Origin: Candidatus Woesearchaeota archaeon
Lineage (GTDB): Archaea > Nanobdellota > Nanobdellia > Woesearchaeales > GW2011-AR9
DNA: 64,000 bases
Assembly: GCA_016188115.1 (NCBI GenBank)
Contig: JACPIK010000002.1
Coordinates: forward strand, 1,064,077 to 1,128,076
Direction: 5' to 3'
The notes below the pieces were generated by a model. The model was not told the DNA's origin. It saw only the letters and a list, made by a program, of their open reading frames with translations, and made no database searches. Position numbers and translations under genes: made by a program. Position 1 is the stretch's first letter. Each line of letters opens with the position of its first letter. Shown here one piece after another: positions 56,577 through 64,000 of this stretch.

Positions 56577-57032
56577 CTATTCTTCAACAGTAATGGTGCC
56601 CTTTTTACCATACGCTTCAGTCCAAAATTGATACTCGCCAGCCTGCGTAAAAGTATGCGTCCATTCTTCACCATATGCAAACAATTTACCTGCAATTAAT
56701 GCATCAACATTATCCATACTTTTAATGGTAATAACCATACGTTTCTCAGTAGGATCATTGTTAAACCATACAACAGCATCATCCTTGCGAATGGTCAGAT
56801 CAGTTACATCGTATCCTTCTTTTCCTAAAATTTCAACGCGATGATCTTGAGATTGTGGTTCAAAGATCCGTGGCTCTTCCTTAGGTTCGCTAGGAACAGG
56901 AAGATCTGCTACAACGCCACCAGTAGGACTTAGATCTCTACTTGGAGCAAAGAACCAGATAGCTAATCCGATAAGAACTAATAATGCGACAATTCCAATA
57001 ATCGCCAATGTTTTTTTATTCATGATACTCAA
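56577..57032 (-). CDS. Membrane-anchored beta-rich (cupredoxin-like?) hypothetical protein
   Basis: N-terminal TM 'LAIIGIVALLVLIGLAIWFF'; beta-strand-rich C-domain; no Cu-ligand Cys, so only the fold is suggested. Confidence 0.3.
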   Translation of the reverse strand: MSIMNKKTLAIIGIVALLVLIGLAIWFFAPSRDLSPTGGVVADLPVPSEPKEEPRIFEPQSQDHRVEILGKEGYDVTDLTIRKDDAVVWFNNDPTEKRMVITIKSMDNVDALIAGKLFAYGEEWTHTFTQAGEYQFWTEAYGKKGTITVEE

Positions 57033-57106
57033 ACCTCCAGTTTAATAAGCGTAAAAATGAGGGGTTCTTTTTATAGGTTATTGTGGTGGAATAGAATGAA
57101 GAAACT

Positions 57107-57547
57107 TCATTTAGGCAGCGATGCATAAAATTGCCGTAGCGTTGGTCGTACCATTTCAATCAAATTATCATATCCTTTTAGTGAGTATCCAACACAATTT
57201 GCTCTCCCTGCAATAATTTCTAACCTATCTCCTACCAGTTCTTTTGGTCCCCAATGGTCAAAATCGGGCACATACATCTTCGCGCCAGTTCCATTCTGAA
57301 ACGAAACACCAAGATAAGCTCTCCTTTCCGTATGAATCGTGCATCCTGCAAAAGGAGTGAAATGTAAAGATGGAATAGGTAATGACTCTCTCCGCGAGGT
57401 TCCTACTTCAAAACAATCTCTCTTAAAACGCAACGCTAAGAGTGCTAGATCTTTTGTTTTGAGTGTTAATGCCCGTTCGTTTACAATTAATATATCTGTA
57501 CCTTCATCAATACTCCTAAGACGAGCATACAGATCAGCTGGATTCAT
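57107..57547 (-). CDS. Hypothetical protein
   Basis: 146-aa ORF with higher GC; no motif recognised. Confidence 0.3.
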   Translation of the reverse strand: MNPADLYARLRSIDEGTDILIVNERALTLKTKDLALLALRFKRDCFEVGTSRRESLPIPSLHFTPFAGCTIHTERRAYLGVSFQNGTGAKMYVPDFDHWGPKELVGDRLEIIAGRANCVGYSLKGYDNLIEMVRPTLRQFYASLPK

Positions 57548-57751
57548 GAAAGTCCAAGAACCGCCAGAATTTATAAGAACTTATATCTTCTATTTCTTCT
57601 TTTGTAAGTTCTTAATGCCTTTCTCCGTAATCTTAACTACATGATACATCTTGTTGTTGGAAGGATGATCATTCTTTGTGTCAATATCAACTAAATCATA
57701 TTCTGCTAGTTCTTCACAATTATGTCGTCCCAGTTCAAAAACTATTTTTTA

Positions 57752-58309
57752 TCATTCAATTTCGCAACCGGAAAGTAGCTCAATTTCTCTAATAAATTTT
57801 TGGTTAAATTCTCTAATCTTAATTTCAGGAAAATCTTTCAAATTTTCTCTTCTATCGTTAACAAATTTAATAAATTTCTTATCACAAGTAACAAAAAAAT
57901 CTCTTTTTTCTAAAATATGTTGCAAAAGTATCCGTAGATCTACATGGTTGTTTAGAATTTTTTTCTTATTCTCTGTCTTTTTCCCCAGAATTTTTCTTAA
58001 TCTCAAAAAAGAGGTATCAAATTCATGCTTAGTATAACTCATTTGTTTCCACTTTTCCGATTCTTTCTCTTTGTCTGTAGAATTAAGTCTTACTGAGCAA
58101 TTATAATCGGTAGTCAATACGTTCTCTTCTATCCAATCTCTTATATCTTTCCCATTCTCATCTTTTAATCGGTCAGTTTCAATCTTAGAGAAAAAATCTC
58201 GATGCATTTTAATGATATTATTTTGCCTAAATTCTGCTAAGTCTAAAAAGACCCTCTGCTCTTTTTCGAAAACTTCCCGATCTATGTTATCCAAAGATAT
58301 GGTTATCAT
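57752..58309 (-). CDS. Hypothetical protein, putative partner of the HerA-like ATPase
   Basis: 185 aa, Lys/Glu-rich; immediately downstream of the HerA-like gene (31-nt gap), same strand. Confidence 0.35.
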   Translation of the reverse strand: MITISLDNIDREVFEKEQRVFLDLAEFRQNNIIKMHRDFFSKIETDRLKDENGKDIRDWIEENVLTTDYNCSVRLNSTDKEKESEKWKQMSYTKHEFDTSFLRLRKILGKKTENKKKILNNHVDLRILLQHILEKRDFFVTCDKKFIKFVNDRRENLKDFPEIKIREFNQKFIREIELLSGCEIE

Positions 58310-58340
58310 CTAAACTAAAGAAAAACCTGATTATAAAAAT

Positions 58341-60161
58341 CTACTTCCCATACTCCACGCTTCTATAAACAATAAAACACTCCCTCGAATCCTCGACCGT
58401 AACATACCGTCCTAACTGCCCTTTCAACACCTCAACAGAAATCTTCTCATCCAACTTAACATCATGATCAAGGGCAGTAAACTCCACCGCCCGTCCGAAA
58501 TGAGCATGAGGTCCCACGGACATCAATTCAATTTTTCGATCATTATCAGGATCCACAATCACTTTGCCTTTAATTCGATCCAAAAGAACAGAAAATTCCT
58601 GCCCATTCATACGACAAACAAACACAGCAGCTGGAATCAAATACGTCGTTACCTTCAAGATCGGCGCATTAGACATCAACTCAATATCGCGTAAAGACAA
58701 CTTCGGCATAATCAACGGCAACATCCCCTCATGAGATGCCACTTCTTCGATCACATCTTGATGGTATTCTTCCTCTTCATGCACTTGTGTAGTCTGTCCC
58801 AAAATATCCACAGCATGTCCACCATGCTTACTCTTACGCGGTCGAATTGTCACCACCAAAGGTCTATCAACTACACCACAAATCAGAGCCGTTCCTACAG
58901 GCAAATTTTGAATTTCATTCTCTGTCTCAGGTGTCACTCCCTCCAGCGAATTCACCACCGCGCGTAAATCATTAGGGTTGGTAATTTTCATAATAATCTG
59001 CGTTGAACACTGCGCTAAAATTGATTTTTGAACGAGAGACGGTCTCTGAGAAACAACACAAAGTCCCAGTCCAAACTTACGTCCTTCTGATGAAATTAAC
59101 CGAATCGTCTCCAAACTTTTCGCTTTCCCAAACCCTTTCTCAGGCGCAAAATTATGCGCTTCTTCAATCACACAAAAGAACGGTGGGATCTTTTCCTGCT
59201 TGCGTGCCAAAAATAAATCCTTCAACAATTTAGCTACAATCACATCTTGTACTTCAGGAGTAATTCCCTTCAAATTCAAAACAGAACATTTACCGGGACT
59301 AATCAACTCTGTCAGCGGCGTCGGTGCAGAAGAAAAAAGTCGCAAATCGCGTAAATACAACAACGTATCAATCAACGTCCACTTACTCGGGGAATTCAAC
59401 TGTTCTAAATGCAAGATAATGTTATCAAAATTAACCTCTTCTAAATCTTTAATAATCGAAAACAACATTGCTTCCTGCGTGTTAGACAGTTGCACGGGCA
59501 GCATCTTCATCAACTCATAACTACTCATCTTCTCACTTAACTTCAACGGCCGTACATCATTCTTTAACCGCGTATCTCCATATTCCTGAATATTCAAACT
59601 ATACCCCTTTGGTTCTACACCCCAACGTGCGAGTATTTCTCGGTTCTCATACGCCGGCTCTTTCATCGAACTATACTCACCATGGGGATCAATAACTAAT
59701 AATGGCACACGCTTATCCATAATCTCTTCCACTAAACACCCTACCGTGTAACTCTTTCCCGCACCAGATTTTGCTAATACTGCTAAATGCCGAGTCAACA
59801 CTTTCTGCAAATCCATATGGACCGCAATATCTTTCCCTTCAAGTTTCCCTACATATGCCCCATGACCGCCAATATCAATAATTTGCGTAATAAACTCATC
59901 ATCTGCCTCAAGAATTTCTGTACCTGGCACAAACGGTGTGCGAATCCCTTTCACTCGTCCATCCTCATCTTTATACCCAACAATTAAACAACTTGCCATC
60001 GTTTCATTCTCTGTTCTCTCCAGCTCACGAATCTGACCAAGAACAAACCCATATTCAACATGATGGATTTGAATAAATTGAAATTTGCGGGCAGCAGGAC
60101 TTGTTACTGTAAAACGAAAATCCGTCGTACTTACCTTACCCACAATACGTCCTAGAATCAT
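58341..60161 (-). CDS. HerA-like (FtsK/HerA superfamily, DUF87) hexameric ATPase/helicase
   Basis: HAS-barrel-like N-terminus; Walker A 'AVLAKSGAGKSYTVG'; 'LLVIDPHGEY'; 'SEGRKFGLGLCVVSQRPS' aligns with Sulfolobus HerA motifs. Confidence 0.8.
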   Translation of the reverse strand: MILGRIVGKVSTTDFRFTVTSPAARKFQFIQIHHVEYGFVLGQIRELERTENETMASCLIVGYKDEDGRVKGIRTPFVPGTEILEADDEFITQIIDIGGHGAYVGKLEGKDIAVHMDLQKVLTRHLAVLAKSGAGKSYTVGCLVEEIMDKRVPLLVIDPHGEYSSMKEPAYENREILARWGVEPKGYSLNIQEYGDTRLKNDVRPLKLSEKMSSYELMKMLPVQLSNTQEAMLFSIIKDLEEVNFDNIILHLEQLNSPSKWTLIDTLLYLRDLRLFSSAPTPLTELISPGKCSVLNLKGITPEVQDVIVAKLLKDLFLARKQEKIPPFFCVIEEAHNFAPEKGFGKAKSLETIRLISSEGRKFGLGLCVVSQRPSLVQKSILAQCSTQIIMKITNPNDLRAVVNSLEGVTPETENEIQNLPVGTALICGVVDRPLVVTIRPRKSKHGGHAVDILGQTTQVHEEEEYHQDVIEEVASHEGMLPLIMPKLSLRDIELMSNAPILKVTTYLIPAAVFVCRMNGQEFSVLLDRIKGKVIVDPDNDRKIELMSVGPHAHFGRAVEFTALDHDVKLDEKISVEVLKGQLGRYVTVEDSRECFIVYRSVEYGK

Positions 60162-60394
60162 AAGAATTTTACAGAGAAGGTGGTTTATTAAGATTTAGAT
60201 TGTAAACGAATATAGATATTCCCTGCAATCACTTATTCTCCAGAGTACGTAACATTATAACCTCTTTTTTCTTCTATCACGCAATGGTTAATCGCTTTGA
60301 GATCATGTCTAGAGTAGAAGACACTCGAGCCAGAGTCCGCAACCTCTTCATTGCAAGACTTTTCAGTTGTACAGTCTTTTCGGACAGCTCAGAT

Positions 60395-60579
60395 GGTTAC
60401 AAATTGTAACCAACTGGCCCAAAGCGTTTCATTCTGTAACGGTTTCTAGTGTACGATTTTAGCGTACAGTTATTTTTTTGAACTGGTTACAAATTGTAAC
60501 CAACGAGTTTTGTTCCAAAGCGTGACAATTCATCATAGGTTAATCTAATTCTCTTTTCAGTTGACTACAATTTGTAGTC
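60395..60579. promoter_or_regulatory. Three 8-1-8 palindromic operator-like sites in the divergent HerA-like/MutS2-like intergenic region
   Basis: GGTTACAA-A-TTGTAACC at 60395-60411 and 60485-60501 (identical 21-mer including the CAAC flank); GACTACAA-T-TTGTAGTC at 60563-60579. All lie upstream of the ATG at 60648. Confidence 0.5.
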
Positions 60580-60647
60580 ATCCCCCCACTGGTCACACTG
60601 GTCAACTCCGCAATTCCTTTAAATATCCCCCAAACAGAAACCAATCC

Positions 60648-62366
60648 ATGTTCGACGATCTCTACCTCTATATCAAAGAGCAAAAGCTCTCCCCATTTAC
60701 CCAAGAATCAACCACTAAATCATCCACAAACCCTATTTTCAAAACAAGGGAAGCCAAGAACATCCATCAACGTGTTCTCTCTCACCTTGCCCAAAAATTT
60801 CAATTCAACACCACCTCCCAACTACTTGATCTGTTCAACACCCTCCCCAACAACCTAGAACAACGACAAGCATTTTTCAAACAGCTTCAAGACCAACCAT
60901 TCCTCTCCCTCCCTCAACTTTCATTTTCTCCAACTACTTGGAAACCCTCTTATTCTCTTATTATTGCAACGGAAGATGAAAATCTCTACCTCTCCTATCT
61001 TAAACAAAAATTCCCCGTAACCCTCCTAAGAACCCCTCATGATCTCGCTGATATTAAAGAGTACGACTTAGTCTACGCCACCAACTGTGAACGCTACGAA
61101 TCCATGCTTGAAGAATGTCCCAACGTACTCTTTGTCGATGAAGAAGAAGTCTATCTCGAACGCTATCTTGTAATGCTTGCAAGTTATTCTACCATCATCA
61201 CCACACTCAAAAACTACAATTCTCCTACCCCTCTTGCGTTCATCACTCCTCTCTCTGAATTTTTAGATCTGCTCACATCTCCCTCTAAAAAGAAACTCAC
61301 CCGAGATGACATTCTTCAAAAATTGGAAGAAATTAACAGGGGGGTCTCGTCGTCTTTAGCGACCATGACCGTGCGGGGAGACGCACTCTACACCCTTTTT
61401 TCGACCGAAAAACTCCCTAAAGATATTCTGGAAATTGTTGCCAAGAACATCACTCAAAGTGGTCTCCCCGCCACCCTTTTTACCCAAACCATTCCCATCA
61501 AAGTTGATGATCAAGAACTTCAAACTTTTCTTACACACCAAACTACCTCCTCTACTATTCAATTTGCCAAAGCACTAAAGAAAAACGCTGCAACACTCAT
61601 GCAGATTCCTCATTATCTTACGCAACTTAATCAGTCTATTCTCATACTTGATTTTTGCGCAGGTATCTCTCACTATCTTCAACGTGAAAATCTTCGCTAT
61701 CCTCAACTCTCGCATTCATTAACTATCTCAGATGCACATAACCTCTTCTTAGAACAATCTCAACCAGTCACCTTCTACCTTAACCAACAAGAACGCTGCT
61801 CTATTCTCACCGGCGCAAACAGCGGAGGAAAAACAACTCTCTTAGAACTTGTCATCCAATCCATCACTCTAGCCTATCTTGGTCTCCCAGTTCAAGGCAA
61901 TATCACTACACCATTATTTCATAACATCTATTACTTCGCTAAGAACAAGGGCTCAACTAGCAAAGGCGCATTTGAAACCCTTCTCACAGACTTGGCAAAA
62001 ATCAAGTCCAACGAACCAACTCTGCTTTTAGCAGATGAAATGGAAGCCGTTACCGAACCAGGTGCTGCTGCCCAAATCATTCGCGCTACCTGTCAATTTT
62101 TCATCGACAGGAATTGCTTTATCATCATGGCTTCTCACTTAGGAAGAGACATCTCCACCAACCTTCCTACCCACACCAGGATTGATGGTATCGTTGCCAA
62201 AGGTTTAGATGAAAACATGAATCTCATCATTGACCATAACCCAGTGTTAGGCATTCTTGCTCACTCTACCCCAGAATTAATCGTAGAACGCCTTGCCACA
62301 ACAACCAAAACAGACTACTTCAAATATCTTAATCAACAATTCAAAACATCGTTTATCCATACATAA
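60648..62366 (+). CDS. MutS2-family ABC ATPase (MutS domain V), no Smr domain
   Basis: 'ILTGANSGGKTTLL' Walker A, 'TLLLADEMEAVTEPGAAAQII' Walker B/D-loop, 'IMASHLG'. The ORF-track TTG start at 60561 would include a palindrome, so ATG 60648 is preferred. Confidence 0.7.
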   Translation: MFDDLYLYIKEQKLSPFTQESTTKSSTNPIFKTREAKNIHQRVLSHLAQKFQFNTTSQLLDLFNTLPNNLEQRQAFFKQLQDQPFLSLPQLSFSPTTWKPSYSLIIATEDENLYLSYLKQKFPVTLLRTPHDLADIKEYDLVYATNCERYESMLEECPNVLFVDEEEVYLERYLVMLASYSTIITTLKNYNSPTPLAFITPLSEFLDLLTSPSKKKLTRDDILQKLEEINRGVSSSLATMTVRGDALYTLFSTEKLPKDILEIVAKNITQSGLPATLFTQTIPIKVDDQELQTFLTHQTTSSTIQFAKALKKNAATLMQIPHYLTQLNQSILILDFCAGISHYLQRENLRYPQLSHSLTISDAHNLFLEQSQPVTFYLNQQERCSILTGANSGGKTTLLELVIQSITLAYLGLPVQGNITTPLFHNIYYFAKNKGSTSKGAFETLLTDLAKIKSNEPTLLLADEMEAVTEPGAAAQIIRATCQFFIDRNCFIIMASHLGRDISTNLPTHTRIDGIVAKGLDENMNLIIDHNPVLGILAHSTPELIVERLATTTKTDYFKYLNQQFKTSFIHT

Positions 62367-62742
62367 ACGCGCCGATCGCTACCAATCCATTAGCCAAAAT
62401 CCAAAGCACGTTAGAAATAATAATTGGTCTTTCTTTGTGAGCAACCCCATACAGTAACCAAAAGAAAGACAGAAATGTATACGTCGTCCATGTTACTGCT
62501 GAAAGACCCTCTGCACTCTTCTCCCCAAACACAAGCAATATCTGCGGCACGGTCATTACTGGACCAATAACCCCAACCACATAAATCATTTTATCCAAAA
62601 ATCGTTTGAATGGATCTGGGTGTGGTGTCGCATCAATACACTTTCGTTTTACGAAATGATGTAATCCCTGTGAACCATGAACCATGTATCTAGGAAAGAA
62701 ATGGCGATATTTAACTCTTCCTTTTCTAATATCATCATCCAC
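62353..62742 (-). CDS. PQ-loop / SemiSWEET-like small membrane protein
   Basis: Three TM helices with 'TVPQILLVF' PQ motif. Likely start at internal 'MIYVVGVIG' (~89 aa). Confidence 0.5.
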   Translation of the reverse strand: MDDDIRKGRVKYRHFFPRYMVHGSQGLHHFVKRKCIDATPHPDPFKRFLDKMIYVVGVIGPVMTVPQILLVFGEKSAEGLSAVTWTTYTFLSFFWLLYGVAHKERPIIISNVLWILANGLVAIGAFMYG

Positions 62743-62813
62743 AAAGTTAAAAGACTTAGTTGGTTTACTATAAAAGTAAGCATCTTTAAGAAGATTCGGC
62801 TCTTTGTATCTTT

Positions 62814-63503
62814 ATGTCCCTTGAAATTCATAAAGCAAGTGATCGAGGATATACCAAAGAAGATTGGCTTACTTCATACCACAGCTTTAGCTTTAATGAA
62901 TATTACAACCCCCATAAAACAAGGTTTGGTAAACTTGTTGTTCTTAATGATGATACCATTGCTCCAAGCGAAGGCTTTCCTACTCATAGTCATCAAAATA
63001 TGGAAATTATCACCATAGTAACCAGAGGTGAACTCACACACCGAGATTCAACTGGGGGTAACGGAACAATAAATTCTGGAGAAGTGCAAGTTATGTCTGC
63101 AGGCAAAGGTGTAAAACACTCTGAATTTAACAACTCCTCAACCGACTTAGTCCATCTTTTTCAGATCTGGATCGAACCAAAAAATAACAATATCAAACCA
63201 CGTTACGATCAAACCACTTACTCTCTCCAACCAAATATACCTACATTACTTGCCTCGAATCATGGCGGGCTACATATAGAACAAGATGCAACCGTTTCAA
63301 TTCTTCATTTGGAACTTTCTAAGTCTTTAACATTTCATGTTCCTCAAGACCATGGTGCGTATGTTTTTCTCATCGAAGGCGAATTACAAATTTTAAATCA
63401 TCTTCTTCACAAGCGCGATGCCGCAGCTATAACTCATTTTCGTTCATATAGCATTAAATCAATTAAAGATAGCACTATTCTTATTTTTACAGTTCCCCTC
63501 TAA
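62814..63503 (+). CDS. Pirin-family cupin protein
   Basis: 'HSFSFNEYYNP', 'FPTHSHQNMEIITIV..GEL.H.DS.G' pirin metal-binding His/Glu pattern. Confidence 0.8.
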   Translation: MSLEIHKASDRGYTKEDWLTSYHSFSFNEYYNPHKTRFGKLVVLNDDTIAPSEGFPTHSHQNMEIITIVTRGELTHRDSTGGNGTINSGEVQVMSAGKGVKHSEFNNSSTDLVHLFQIWIEPKNNNIKPRYDQTTYSLQPNIPTLLASNHGGLHIEQDATVSILHLELSKSLTFHVPQDHGAYVFLIEGELQILNHLLHKRDAAAITHFRSYSIKSIKDSTILIFTVPL

Positions 63504-64000
63504 AATACAATCATAAACTCAATCGCCAACACCGACAGTGCAACGACCAACGAACCTGCAGTCACAAGAAAACCATATTTAACAAATTCTTTAAAAGAAA
63601 TAGTGCACCCATAATGTTTCAGTAGGGACATCCACATAATTCCTGCAAGTGCGCCAATCGGGGTCAAATTCGCGCCAAGATTTGAACCAATCACTGTAGC
63701 ATAACTTGCTGCAAGCAAATTAACATTCTGCAGCTGTCCTAACATAGGTACAAATGCAACCGTCATTGAGATATTATTAATCACATTTGCCACCAATGTT
63801 GATGCTACACCATACACAAAAATAACCAAAGACGGAATACCTAAACTAATCTTTGCTAACCATGTGCCAACTATGGCACTAATACCCTCTTTTTCCAACG
63901 CCTCAACTAAAATAAATAACGACAACAAAAAAGGAATGATAAGCCACGGAATTTTAACAATCAGAGCATGAAGAGACTGTATTTTTCCCCCACGCCAACG
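63500..64000 (-). CDS. ArsB/NhaD-superfamily permease, C-terminal part (N-terminus beyond window end)
   Basis: Frame is open to nt 64000 with no in-frame ATG/stop at the top (the ORF-track start is TTG). TM-rich 'SNLGANLTPIGALAGIMWMSLL'. Confidence 0.5.
   Translation of the reverse strand, partial: RWRGGKIQSLHALIVKIPWLIIPFLLSLFILVEALEKEGISAIVGTWLAKISLGIPSLVIFVYGVASTLVANVINNISMTVAFVPMLGQLQNVNLLAASYATVIGSNLGANLTPIGALAGIMWMSLLKHYGCTISFKEFVKYGFLVTAGSLVVALSVLAIEFMIVF

Noticed and set aside
60395-60579. CRISPR array
   Set aside because: There are only 2-3 palindromic copies, with 90-bp and 78-bp non-uniform spacing and one diverged copy. They sit in a promoter region with no cas genes, so they are better explained as operator sites.
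60561-60647. TTG-initiated 5' extension of the MutS2-like ORF given by the six-frame track
   Set aside because: The extension would place an operator-like palindrome inside the coding sequence and starts with a non-ATG codon. The ATG at 60648 ('MFDDLYLYIKEQ') is preferred.
1-64000. Mobile elements (IS/transposase, integrase) and prophage
   Set aside because: No transposase, integrase or phage structural-protein motifs, and no terminal inverted repeats bounding a gene set, were recognised.

Overview
AT-rich, gene-dense window (roughly 35-40% GC by eye; many 4-nt ATGA/abutting junctions). It is clearly archaeal: histone-fold protein, aIF-5A, L40e-like, RNase P Rpp21, RadA, RPA with zinc ribbon, TRAM protein and a SAMP/TtuA/E1 thiolation set. 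The compact style is compatible with a small-genome (DPANN-like) archaeon, but that is inference. Core content: a folate/one-carbon block (folC, thyA, folA, glyA); glycolytic/gluconeogenic enzymes (ppsA, gpmA, PfkB kinase); proteases (S2P, PepA, S51); redox/thiol enzymes (TrxB, DsbA-like, thioredoxin-like lipoprotein, DoxX, CobW GTPase); DNA/RNA enzymes (MGMT, LigT, HerA-like, MutS2-like, Nudix, DNPH1/Rcl-like, three SET domains); a HEPN-MNT pair. The stand-out is a ~17 kb cell-surface locus. It has a minus-strand operon of about 12 genes for proteins with pilin-like (class III-type) N-terminal signal/anchor segments (38368-44916). Divergent from it on the plus strand is a tandem array of five paralogous N-glycosylation-sequon-rich LamG/ConA-like proteins, each ending in a PEF-CTERM-type tripartite sorting signal (45047-50799). 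A sixth PEF-CTERM paralog lies at 28087-29166 beside a radical-SAM/SPASM enzyme. No archaeosortase and no pilus ATPase/platform gene is in the window. A probable tRNA-dependent cyclodipeptide synthase homolog sits between folC and thyA. No rRNA, no convincing tRNA, no CRISPR array and no transposase were found.
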